From: Octopus vulgaris
Taxonomy: Eukaryota
NCBI GenBank assembly: GCA_951406725.2
Contig: OX597832.1
Span: forward strand, 19,220,001-19,284,000
Length of the DNA: 64,000 nt
Direction of reading: 5' to 3'
Positions 12,685 through 26,431 of this stretch are shown one piece after another (the first letter of the stretch is position 1; each line of letters begins with the position of its first letter). The position numbers and the translations under genes were made by a program. The notes below the pieces were generated by a model. It did no database searches, was not told where the DNA came from, and worked only from the letters and a program-made list of their open reading frames with translations.

Positions 12685-14518
12685 CAGAAATATGTTACAA
12701 AAAGAAAATAGAAACTACACGTGGAAAGTAAGAAGAAAAATGAGCGAAAATGCATATTGGAAAACTTAAAAATTAAAGGCTTTAAATGATAAGTAGCGAT
12801 AGATATATACAATTAGATGAACTGAGATAGGGATAAAAGTAATAAAAGTTATTATCTGTGAATTGTTAAAGAGATTCAAAAGCATACCAGGTTCGTAAAT
12901 TTACTGATCACTGCTTTGAATTCACACCGATTACCGAACGGTGTCGGGTCTACTAGTCTGTGTGTAAAAAGATTATATGTAAAGGACTAAGTTCTGGATT
13001 TTGTGCAAGATACAGACCTGTAATGTAAATGGTGTGGGCTGTATGGGTGGTATTAATTTAATTGCTAGTAGTGTTCTGTATTAAGTGGTGTTTAAATTGT
13101 GTTTTGGAAGATATTTATTGATGAACGTTCCCTCTTTATTCATTCTTTGTTGTACTGAGGTGTTCTGTGAACATTGATAGAAGGAGAAAATTAGGAAATT
13201 TGGATTAAGTTTCCTAGAACACCTTTCTATGTGCTCACTGACCTGTATCCCTCTGTATTGTGGGTGGCTGATTTGTTCTTTCTGGAGAGTGGTTCTTCGA
13301 CGGAGTGATATTCCTGTTTGGCCAATATAAAGATTACTACACCCTAAGCATGTATTGGCATAGATTAGATTTTCCAGGGTACAGGTGAAATTTGATTTAA
13401 TCTTAAATATTTTACCGTGTTTAAAGTGGAACTCTGAACGCCTCCAAAATGTGGGGTTATATGTGGAGATATATGGGAGTATTTTTAAGCCTGGTGTAGT
13501 ATTTCGGTTGACTTCCCTTAATGTTCTTATATCTATTTTCTTAGCTCATGAATTGCCATCATTTATTAATGATGTTGGGTTATGGCTTTTGATTACTATT
13601 CATGTAATGGATCTTCGTTCACGAGTATAGGAATCCGAAGCAATGATAAAGATTATTTTCACTAGATTATACGATATATTAATTTCTATGTGTTTGAGGT
13701 GGCATGAGTTGAATACTATGTATTACTTAGAATCTGTGGGTTTGTAGAAGATGTCTGTTTCGATGTGGTTATCGACTACTTTCATTGGGATGTCAAAAAA
13801 AGGGAGTTGTTTACTGCAGTGCTCTATGGTTGCTATTAATATTGTTAAGCATTATTTTGAACTCGAGGAGTTTGTCCATGTTGTCTTTCCAAAGTATACA
13901 GCAATCATCCAAATAACTTTTCCAGTTCTCCTTTAAATAGCAATGAAATGAGCTGCCATATTTTTGTAGTGATGACTGGTATATTTTAAGTTCTAGGTAA
14001 CCCATTACAAGGTTCGCGATCACTGGGGTAGCTCGGGTTCCCATCGCAAGACCACATTTATGTCGATAGTGGACTGTATCAAACATGAAATAGTTTGTTC
14101 AGTAGGGTGAATTTCAGCGCAGTGATTATGAATCTGTGGTTGATGCGTCCTGGGATCTGTTCTGGGTATTTTTTTAGCCAGAAGAGGATTGCTTCTATAC
14201 CATTATCGTATGGGATATTGGTGTACAAATTTACCACATCGATTGATACTAACAGGGTTCCTTCATTTATTGTCTTCGGGAGGTGGTTAAGTATGTCTAA
14301 GTCATCCCTGATGAAGCTTTTCACATATTTCAGAAACGGTTTGAGTAAGATGCCGAGGAAGTTGCTCAAACGTTGGGTTTCCCAAGCAGGACCAGCAATG
14401 ATGGGTCTCAGTTTGAGGTCATTAGGGGGAGGGACATTAATGCATAGGCTTGGAGAAACTTTGCAAGCTTTACAAATATGTAGAGTTTTTTGTATTTTAG
14501 GTAATCTGTAGAATAGAC
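12683..14518 (-). mobile_element. 5'-truncated Penelope-like retroelement (RT + C-terminal GIY-YIG), degenerate
   Basis: RT motifs YRLPKIQK...LRPIIAG, SIDVVNLYTNIP, GLAMGT, YLDD, TDIFYKPTDS. Endonuclease NLIYANTCLGCSNLYIGQTG...FINKYLPKHNLN with stop near 13082. (TA)n on both flanks. Confidence 0.92.
12874..12921 (-). ncRNA. Type I hammerhead-like motif in PLE 3' UTR with G3/C8 core
   Basis: TTCAAAGCA-GTGATCA-GTAAATTTAC-GAA-CCTGG-TA-TGCTTTTGAA. Stem I about 10 bp with one bulge, stem II GTA/TAC, stem III CC/GG. Confidence 0.6.
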
Positions 14519-14536
14519 TATATATATATATATATA

Positions 14537-14695
14537 AAGTTAATCCAAACACAACAACGCGAGGACGTGGAACAAGTGTAGCATTATTGGACGCTCAAGA
14601 AAGGAAAGAAAGGAGGATTTGACGTTTCGAGCAGAGCTCTTCGTCAGAAACAAAGGAAATGGAAAGGTCCAAGGAAGGAAGAGACACACGCACAA
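14537..14695 (-). mobile_element. Short (TA)n-embedded element carrying a minimal hammerhead
   Basis: Near-colinear with 32554-32752. 3' end abuts (TA)n at 14519-14536. Confidence 0.75.
14617..14651 (-). ncRNA. Minimal type I hammerhead ribozyme motif (canonical core)
   Basis: GTTT-CTGACGA-a-GAGC-tct-GCTC-GAAAC-GTC-AAAT: intact CUGANGA, GAAA and GUC. Confidence 0.75.
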
Positions 14696-15184
14696 GGATC
14701 AAGAGTTTCCTGCGTTAGTACTTATCCAACTCCATACTATATAAATTATATACTCACGTTTGTTCCATTTTTTCGTGTTTGTGTCACCAAACATACACAT
14801 CTACATACGCACACACATACACACGCCCGCCCTCACATACACGCATACATACATGCATGTATATGAACGTAGCAGTTGTTAGAATGCGTCAGAAAGGAGG
14901 ACGAAAAGATACATATTTTAGTGGAAATGATAGGTGGGAATAAACTAAATATACAAGTATGAGCGTATGACTTGGGGGTATATATACCCGGGGGTGGCAT
15001 AGGCTAAGAGTAAACATACGTTCAGATGTTGTGTAGTAAATGGACCATTGTAACACGCATGGCTTGTTCGAGAAATTTTCATTTAAGAAGAGTTCCACCT
15101 GAGAGCACAGAGCTAAACGTAGAAATGAAGAAGGGAAAGGAAGAAACAAATTGTTTTTGACTACAAAAAATATGTTGTTTATGT

Positions 15185-15263
15185 GGCGGAGATGATGATG
15201 ATGATGATGATGTTGATGATGACGACGACGACGACGACGACGACGATGATGATGATGATAGTT

Positions 15264-15295
<32 letters not shown>

Positions 15296-16011
15296 AATGA
15301 TGATAGTGAAGGTGCTTATGCTGATAATGATGACGATGATCATGATGATCATGATGATGACAACGACGATGATGATGAGGAGGAGGAGAGGAAGATGACG
15401 ACGACGACGTTGATGATGATGACGACGACGATGAGGATTATAGCTTTGGTTGACCGTGGTCGTGTTACTTGATTTCAGATGATGATGATGATGATGAGGA
15501 TGATGATGATGATGAGGATGATGATGATGATGAGGATGATGATGATGATGATGAGGATGATGATGTCAAGGTTTCTAGCATTGCAAGTGGTGTTAGTAGT
15601 AGGATTATAGCAGTGGTGTTTGGTAGACATGGTGCCGCTGATGGTGTTGGCTCCGGGTGGTGGTGGTGGTGATGGTGGTGGTGTTGGTGGTGGTGGTGGT
15701 GGTTGTGGTGTTGACTCCGGGTGGTGGTGGTATTGGTGGCCATGAGGAAAACGATGTTCATTGTGATAACGGTAATGAAACATTTGATGGTAACAATGGT
15801 AATATCGGTGGTAGCGGAGCCATGGGTGGTGATAAGTACAAACGGGGTGGTTTCGATGATAAAAAAGAGGATGGGGGCACACGGTTGCAGTATATGTACT
15901 GGGGGTAAAGATGGTGGAGATAAATTAATGGTGATGTTATCTTGGACGATGAAGTTGCTGCTGCTGCTGCTGCTACTGAATTTGACAAAGGTGAGGATGA
16001 TGTTGTGGATG

Positions 16012-16043
<32 letters not shown>

Positions 16044-16313
16044 GATTATGATGATGATGATGATGATGGTGATGATAGTGATGATGATGATGGTGATGAT
16101 GATGATTATGATGATGATGGTGATGGTAGTGATGATGATGATGGTGATGATGATGATTATGATGATAACGATGATGATGATGGCTATGATGATTAGATGG
16201 ATGAGGTGGGAGAGTTAGAGGAGGAGGAGGAAGACGAGAAGTTTGATGATGATGATGATGACGATGATGGTGATGATAATACTGATGATGGTGTTGACGA
16301 CGACGACGACGAC

Positions 16314-16394
<81 letters not shown>

Positions 16395-16521
16395 AATGAT
16401 GATGATGATAATGACTATGTTAATGCAGTGGATGTAGAGATGGCGATAATGTTAATGATGATGAAGACGCCGCCGCGGCCACTACCGGCGATGACGACGA
16501 TACTGATGATGATATTGACGC

Positions 16522-16556
<35 letters not shown>

Positions 16557-16780
16557 GTGATTATAAATGATGTCGGCAGTGACGAAGACGATTGCAATTT
16601 AGATTAGTATCGTGTGCATTATAATCGTTGCGGTGGTGGTAGTGGTAGTGGTGGTGGTGGGTGATGATAATGACGATGAATGTGTTAATGATGATGATGA
16701 TGAGGATGGTGATGATGATGATGATGAAATCGACGACTATAACTACAACAACGCCGATAATGAAGATTATGATGAATTTG
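15185..16780. repeat. Long degenerate (GAT/GAC/GGT)n triplet region
   Basis: Directly visible. Gives poly-D and poly-M pseudo-ORFs. Confidence 0.9.
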
Positions 16781-16974
16781 TGGAAGGGAGACCGGTGGGA
16801 AGGTTGTGAATTGAGGAAAAAAAAACCTAATTAATATATTTATACAATTTAGCTCCGTATTTAACCGTTGTCTGTGAGGCGTGAAGGTATTTTTCTACCT
16901 TTGCTTAATTAAAATACACACTCCGTGCTTTGCGATTAAATATTTAGTCCATCTCTCTGTTCTTGTCTACAACA

Positions 16975-17830
<856 letters not shown>

Positions 17831-17871
17831 TGTTTTGAAATATATTTAGTTTCTTCAATGAATTTAAAATG

Positions 17872-18236
17872 CTCTATTTCTATTTATCTAGTTTCAGCTC
17901 ACAAGCTGTGGCCATGCTGGGGCACCGCCATTTGGTGTTGCTACATGATTTTACTACACGAATGCTTTTTAGCAATTGCCATTTGGTGCATAAGAGAGTT
18001 CGATGCAGCTGCCCACATCTGCACCTCCTGCCGTGAAGTTGGTTCATCTGGGATACCTGACAAGAAGAGATCCAGTTTCATTTTAAAGACATCTGCGTCC
18101 ACCCCATGCAGGTCTCTTAGGTTCTTCGGGAGGATATTGAAGAGCTGTGGGCCTCGGAAGCCCAGGCTATCACAGTATCTTGTCCTACATCTTGATGGCA
18201 AATTTGGAGTCCTTGGCACTATGCAGTGGCGTCTCT
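17872..18236 (-). mobile_element. CR1/L2-group LINE 3' end (ORF2 C-terminus + 3' UTR)
   Basis: RRHCIVP...SLGFRGPQLFNILPKNLRD...FKMKLDLFLSGIPDEP...AASNSL. 3' UTR GGCGGTGCCCCAGCATGGCCACAGC..GCTGAAACTAG followed by an A-rich tail. Confidence 0.8.
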
Positions 18237-18344
18237 GAACAAAACAATCAATATTTATGTAGGATGCAAGGATGAATATGTACTCCAAGATGAACTTGCA
18301 GTCGTATTATGAGACCACTTGCACCTATAGTCGTTGATTTTTTT

Positions 18345-18580
18345 ACTCTTTTCCTCTTTCACTTGTTTCAGTCATTTGACTGCGACCATGCTGCGGCACC
18401 ACCTTTAGTCGAACGAATGGACCCCATGACTTATTCTTTGTAATCCTGGCACTCCTTCTATCCGTCCCTTTTGCTGAACCGCCAAGTTACGGGGACGTAA
18501 ACGCACCAACATTCTCAAGCAATGGTGGGGGAGGACAAAGACAGACACACAAACATATCCACACACACACAAACATATAT
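18345..18580 (-). mobile_element. SINE family B, 3' half
   Basis: Homologous to 62855-63070. Confidence 0.8.
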
Positions 18581-18827
18581 TTTCCGACTAATATAGCTAC
18601 ATCTTTTGAGAACCAAGTTTTTACCTTTAAATTTTTGTCACTAAATTCAAATTAGTTTAATACGGTATCCGAGTGCCATCAGGCGTCTTGTTTAAAGAAG
18701 AGTTCATTGTCTGAACACGGTTCAAATTGGGACCCTTTTTTTGATAAATTAAACCCGAGGCGTATATATGCCTGTGGATCACTTGTTAGTAATGAGATAT
18801 ATATGTAGTGAAATCAAATCCTTCTAC

Positions 18828-19617
18828 TCTTGACACAAAGCTCAAAATTTTGCGGCTTGGTTCTGTCGATTAGATCGATATCAGTACGCAAATGGTCCTT
18901 AATTCATCGACCCTGAAAGTATATAAGGCAGAGTTGATCGCGGCGGAATTTACACTCAGAACGTAAAGACAGACGAAATCCCGCTAAGCACTGCGTGCTA
19001 ACACCTTTTCTACTCTAGGCACAAGGCCAGAAATTTAATGGGATGGCGCCAGCCAGATAGCTCAACTCCAGTACGCAACTGGTACTTAATTTATCGATCT
19101 CGAAATGATGAAAGGCAAAGTCAACCTCGCGGAACTTGAACTCAGACCGTAAATACAAACGAAATCCGCTAAGCATTTCTCCGGCGTGTTAACGTTTCTT
19201 ATTTCTTTATTGCCCACAGGGAGCTACACACAGAGGGGATAAACAAGGACAGAGAAAGGGGTTAAGTCGATTACATCGACCCCAGTGCGTAACTGGTACT
19301 TAATTTATCGACCCCGAAAGGATGTAAGGCAAATTCGACCTCGGCGGAATTTGAACTCACAACGTAACGACAGACGAAATACATATTTCTGTACTACCCA
19401 CAAGGGGCTAAATACAGAGGGGACGAACAAGGACAGACAAACGGATTAAATCGATTATATCGACCCCATTGCGTTACTGGTACTTAATTTATCGACCACG
19501 AAAGGATGAAAGGCAAAGTCGTCCTCGGCGGAATTTGAACACAGAACGTAACGGCAGATGAAATACGGCTATGCATTTCGCCCGGCGTACTAACGTTTCT
19601 GCCAGCTCGCCGCCTTA
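18828..19617 (-). mobile_element. SINE family A multimer (3-4 core units)
   Basis: Head at about 19617. Junctions near 19385, 19200 and 19005. Confidence 0.8.
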
Positions 19618-20199
19618 GGGAGCATGTTTATATTATGAAAGTTTTCATTGCGATACATGACCATAATTTGATGAAAAATTACAAATGTACTGAAGGAGAG
19701 TTCATCGTTAAATGTCAGACAATTTATTGAATTTAATCTTCGTATGACGAAGGGCAATGCATCATCATAGGATACATCTAATACTATCTAAGTTGCATGT
19801 CACAATGTCAGATATACGCGGTTAAGAGCTTATATACGACTCCTGAATTCCATTGTGATATATAAAGAGAAATTAATGCGTTAAATAATGTAGCTGCCAG
19901 GATTATACCCAGCATATTGACAATGTTATCTGTGATATACGGCCGAAGTATACATAGGGTTAATATTGCGATTGTCTCAGTGCCGTACGGATATTTATCA
20001 ATTTTAGTTTTCTTTAGATATACTTATATATGTCCGTATTTATATATTTTTACATATTTAACTACATTCAAACACACAGACACACAGACACACAGACATA
20101 TACACACAATACATATAATGTTATATTAATATGGATATATCATTTATTAATCATGTTGACTTACAGATAACATATTTCTTTCAATATATTCGTGTATCT

Positions 20200-20298
20200 A
20201 AGGCGATGAGCTGGCAGAAACGTTAGCACGCCGGGCGAATGCCTAGCAGTATTTCGTCTGCCGCTATGTTCTGAGTTCAAATTCCGCCGAGGTCAACA
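20200..20298 (+). mobile_element. SINE family A head fragment
   Basis: AAGGCGATGAGCTGGCAGAAACGTTAGCACGCC...GAGTTCAAATTCCGCCGAGG. Confidence 0.75.
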
Positions 20299-21574
20299 TT
20301 CTCAAGATAGGTATTTAGGCAGTATGTTACCAGTAATTACAAGTATAGGTATGAACTTGTAACCTGGATAGACTAGCTGTAGATGTATGTATCTATGTAT
20401 GTATTGCATTTCTTGACGTTCAACATACGAAGATGCATTCCCACGAGTAGAGTTTTGTGGTCGTTCAGCAAATGTCAACAGGTTTCTTTCTTTTTATATT
20501 GACTACATGCCTCTAATGTTGCTAATTTATAATATACAATGTATTACTTCACATTGAAACGGTTGAATTCATTCATGACACTTTTATAATTTTGCACCCA
20601 TGACAGCGGTGTAAAACGATTAAAATATATTCCTAGTAAAATATTCCTAGTAATTTTGGAAGCGGGAGAGAAAGTGCAAGTGCACTCATTTAGTTAAATG
20701 TACAAGACACAGTAGACAGGGACAGGTAATAGTAAAACAAACACGGTGTATTATTTTGACGCTCAAGATAATTGGAAAAGCTGTTGACGATTCGTGCATA
20801 TGCTCTTTGACGGAAAGTAATAAGGAAAGAAAACGGAGAAAAACGTCTGGATTAACGGTTCCATACATGTTTAAACACACATACAATTATACATACATAC
20901 ATTTATATATATACACACACGCATACATACATACATACATACATACATACGTACATACATACATAGACACACACACACACATATATATATTTTAAACACA
21001 CACATGTATGTATAACTCTCCACGTATATGTGTGCACAGAAAGTGAGCAGAGGAAAAAATAAGAGAAAAAAAACATGAAATTAAACTAAACGTATAAAAA
21101 GAATATAACAAGAATATATATAATAAAAATATTGGGTTTTTTATTGACTTTTTATTGGAGCTGATATTTATTTTATTTATTTTTCTTAATCATAATATTT
21201 ATTTTTGAGGAAAATTGTTTGCGGAAATATTATCAAATATTGTCTTCTCTTAATCCTCGTTTTCTTAATCCACAACCTGAAGAGAAAAGCACGATTAATA
21301 CAGCTTTGATGCGATTGTACAAACCTAATAAAGAAATATTAAATCATAAATACTATAATAAATAAAATAAGAAAAGAAAAGAAAAAAGTATTCGCCCACC
21401 CATACACCTTGCCCTCCGATCTTATAATTCGATATGTTTTGACCTCAATTAATGAGAAGAAATAAACGAAGAAACAAATAATGAAATGAAAACGAAATAA
21501 AAACAAAATAATATTGATGTTTCGAATACAATTCCTTAAGGAAAGTAAATAACAATGTATAAAAGTATAAATTA

Positions 21575-22060
<486 letters not shown>

Positions 22061-22742
22061 TATGTGTGTGTATATATGCATACATACACAAACACATATG
22101 TCTGTGTGTATGCTTCTACAACTCGATATTATCTCAGAAGCAAAAGCTTAGATTCGTCAATTCCTCTCAATTCCTCTCAATCAGATCCGCGAGCTTATAT
22201 CGTGTTGAATCTTTCTTGCTTGGCGATAAAATAACAAAAAATACAGAAAGCTTTAGGAAATATTAGAGAAGTTAGATACGTTGAGTAGTGCTTAAAACGT
22301 AGTTTCTTAAATCTATCATGTGGCTTCTCCGAAAATTATCACTACAAACACCATTATCACAACATCAACAATATACCCACCTCCATCGCCATTACCACCA
22401 CGACCACCACGAATATCACCAATACTATCACCACCATACTATTATCCTAGATTCTTGTCTTTTGTGTGTGTGTGACACAACGTGGTAGCATTTATATAGT
22501 TACTTGTTCCTGAATAATGCTGGAAATTTTCCCACAATAATCGCCTCACAGAAGTAGGACTAGTGTTATTAACATAGAGTAGCTCTAGGTATACTATGCC
22601 TGCATTAAAAATGCAGATGACCATGATCAACAAACCTTTGGCCTTGTGTCACCAGAATCACAGCTGAATTGAAGATCGGCGTAGCACAATCATTTTGCTT
22701 ATGTGTTTTCGAATGCCGCATATAATGTTTCAATAGGCTATA

Positions 22743-23252
22743 CCGTAAATCCTCGAGTATAATCCGCATTTCGCCCAAAAAATTTAAAAGCCAAAATCCC
22801 TAGTGCGTACTATATACGATGTTAAATATGAAAAATATTTTCTAAGCAATGTCCGAGTTTCTATTTGCTGTCCGGCAATGTTTATTCAGACACATTTTGT
22901 GATGTCGGGAGCGAAAATACCTTAAGCTAAACCCGAAAGCTATGAAATCATCCATAACTTGCAGTAAGCAAAATTTATTAAACGTTATTACTGTTATTAC
23001 TGTTATTTCTTTATTTTCTGGAAACAAAATGCAGAAAAAATCTACTCGTTTGCGTTATGTTATATATACAATAATAATAAAGTACGTTACCGTATACAGT
23101 TTTACAAACCAAGGACGTTATATAGACTTCCTTGACTGAAGTTAGAGAAGGGGTCCGTGTTATACACAAGGTTTAGGTTTTTCAGAGGTACAACCTCCTA
23201 AAAATTCCCTGCGTATTATACTCAAGGGCGGACTATACTCGAGGATTTACCG
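22743..23252 (+). mobile_element. pogo/Tigger-like MITE (complete, TA TSD)
   Basis: TIRs CCGTAAATCCTCGAGTATAATCCGC / GCGGACTATACTCGAGGATTTACCG flanked by TA. No ORF. Confidence 0.85.
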
Positions 23253-23534
23253 TACTTCTTATGACTGACTCCGAAAATCACCACCACAATCACTCCTTGC
23301 TCTAGTAATTCTAGGCATGTTTTCTTTCAACGAAGGAGCATACAGTCTCTACCCTAATATATATAAATATTGTTTATTTCAACGTGAGTTCTATGTTATC
23401 GTATCTAGCCATCCCTGGCATCCTGCATATTAATGTGTTTTGATTTTTAACAATCCATATGACAAAATTATATACATTACTTACATAATTACACACACAC
23501 ATACACTCACACACATATGTATATATTCTTGTAT

Positions 23535-23764
23535 TCTTTTGTTTCAGTCATTTAACTGCGGCCATGCTGGAGCACCGCCTTAAAGGATTTTTTAGTCGAA
23601 ATGATCAACCCCAGATTATATTCTTGGTAATCTTAGTATTTATTCTATCGATCTCAATTGCCGAACTGCTATGTTACTGGGATGTAAACACACCGACATC
23701 GGTTGTCACGCGATGGCAGGGTGACAAACACAAACAGAAAGACATAAATACACACACACACATA

Positions 23765-23824
<60 letters not shown>

Positions 23825-24015
23825 CATATATATATATACATATATAATATGACGGGCTTCTTTCAGTTTCCATCTACCAAATCCACTTACAAGGCTTTGG
23901 TCGGCCCGCAGCTATAGTAGAAACACTTGCCTAACGTGCCACACATTGGGACTGAACCCGGATCGATGTGGTGGGAAAGCAAACTTCTTACCACACAGCA
24001 ATGCAGCCATGTTTG
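23535..24015 (-). mobile_element. SINE family B, full length with internal (TA)n
   Basis: tRNA-like head (GGGTTCAGTCCC), central GGCAAGTGT...GGATTTGGTAGATGGAAACTGAAAGAAGCCCG, LINE-like tail GGCGGTGCTCCAGCATGGCCGCAG. Confidence 0.85.
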
Positions 24016-26103
24016 CGTCTGTATACTTTTTATTAAAGCTGCAATATATATATATGGATGAAACTGCAACTATATAAATTATATTTATATACTCCATTGT
24101 GTAAAATGAGGGGTCTTTTGTGCTCTGTTTTTGGTATGTTCAGCATTTAGTACGCATATATATATTTCTATCTCGTACAACTTTTTCCACGACCCATGTA
24201 CTTGACAGGTACTTTAATTTATGGATGATGTAAGGATTAAAGGTAAAGTTGAGAACGGCAGATTTTGAGCCCAGAACGTGATGAGGCAAAATACATGCAG
24301 GTATGCACTTTTGCGGTGCTCGAGAAATTCTGCTAATGGTGGTGGTGAGGATGCTGCTGCTGATTATAATAATGATAATAACAACAACAACACCACTCTT
24401 CGACACCGTACTTAACTGGTACTTTATGCTTTCGACCCAGAGAGGATGAAATGCAACGTACAAATCAGTGGCATTGGATTAATTGATAGAAATTTTAATG
24501 TCATATAATTTATGAGCGGACTAGGTCGATTTAATTGCTCCCAGTAAATGACTGGTACTTCGATTGAAAATCCTCGAAAAGATAAAATGCAAGATTACCT
24601 TCGGTGGGATACACTTATAATACAGAACAATATTCAAGAAGAGCGGTACTGTTAGATCCTTACTCTTGTCAGGCATCAGTAAAATTTTTCGAAAGTTAAG
24701 GTGTAAAAAAATCAGATTTGATAAGATATCCACTAAAGTATCATTAAAACCATTTTGAAAGCCAAGTTTGAAAGCGGAGCTAAGTATATCAACTTCTATG
24801 GTTGGAAAGAGGATTACATAGCAACACGGAAAGCTATCTTATGCAAAGTATTACAATATCTGATTTAAGGTTTGCTGTTAAAAAGCTTACGAACTGGGAA
24901 AAATCGTGTTATTGAAAACAGCTAAAACTATGGCTGATGTTCGAATGTTGAAGTAAATGAAATGAGAAATGCCAATGAGGAAGTGCTGTCTCCAATTCCT
25001 TCAGTTCTGACCTCGAAGCGGTTTTAAAACTAACTTCAATCAGATGATGTTATAGATTGGTAAGTTTGTGTTTCGATTTATAATGCTGTTACCAATTCTT
25101 ACCAATTCATCTGTCCAGCTATTACTTTCGTTAACAATAAGTTATGTTTTCAAAAACCGGGTTTCCATAATCATTCTGATATTTCTGCAAGGGGTGTATT
25201 TTCAAGTATTACAATTTTGAAGAATCGTTTTAAAAAGAGGAGCATTATTTTGAAAATTGTAGATATTAAATTCTATTCTTTAAAAGTAAATTCGTTGTGT
25301 GGGGAAACAACGCTAAGATTTTCATGTTCAAATCTGCGAGAGCATATTAACACTAACAAAAACCCATTCTCGCTATTCTTCCTGCATCACATGATATATT
25401 AATTATTGTATCGGTTTGATGTTATATTTTGATTAATCATGAAACTCTACGTATCTTGTTAAGAGTGCCAGTGTAGTCTGGTGAACGACATTTCCACATC
25501 TTGTGTGTTTTCAACTAGTTCAAAAAATAAATTTGTCAATCTACTTCATTTTGGTTAATATACGAAGGATGGTGGTAACTCCTCCTCTTTTAATTTTGAC
25601 TCTATATCTTCAGTTTGTTAGTTTACAGCTGTTTCATAATAGTTATAAAGCAGATATTACATCATCATTCGTACGTATATAAAGATACATATAAATAATT
25701 ATATGCAGCCATATATAGTTATGTGCTGAAAATTCCACACACTAAGCTTCAGACTACTTCATGGTAGTTCAAAGCAACAAAATATGGTATGTGTATGTGT
25801 GTTTGTGTGTCTGTGTGCGCGTCTGTGCATGCGTTTGTGTCTGTGTTTGTGCCTTCCTATTGCTTCACAGCTAGTGTTGATTTAGTTACGAACACGCAAA
25901 ATCAGGGTTTCCGCTTAAGAGATCAATATGATATGTATTAAACTTTGAACAAGTACTGGTGATATTTTGACCGACTATAATATAATATAATGCGATACTC
26001 CAGCATGGTTACCTTTAAATGGCTGAAACAACTAAAATATAATTGAAATCACTAACTCCCTAAAACCTATTTTTCATCTCCGGGATTATTAGTAGAACCG
26101 TAA

Positions 26104-26431
26104 AGGTAAGGGTTAGCTCTTCATGTATATTACTAGCCTTTTGTTTTAGATCAGTGGTTTTCTTGGTATTTTTTTTAGTTATTCTTATTTGCTCCGAGGA
26201 TTTCTGTACCAGTTTATCCTACATTTTCTACTGCGTCCTGCAAGACAAGGTAAATATATATTACTGGAGGTAAGGGTTAGCTCTTCATGTATATTACTAG
26301 CCTTTTGTTTTAGATCAGTGGTTTTCTTGGTATTTTTTTAGTTATTCTTATTTGCTCCGAGGATTTCTGTACCAGTTTATCCTACATTTTCTACTGCGAG
26401 CTGCAAGACAAGGTAAATATATATTACTGGA
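26104..26431. repeat. Tandem duplication, 2 x 164 bp
   Basis: AGGTAAGGGTTAGCTCTTCATG... at 26104 and 26268. Copies nearly identical. Confidence 0.92.

Noticed and set aside
12873-12923. SECIS reading of the PLE 3'-UTR hairpin (GTGA...AAA)
   Set aside because: Helix II is too short and there is no opposing GA. A hammerhead fold explains the sequence better.
15183-16809. Asp-rich ORFs resembling acidic biomineral proteins
   Set aside because: Broken by stops and frame changes, with no signal peptide or splice structure seen. Consistent with decayed (GAT)n repeats.
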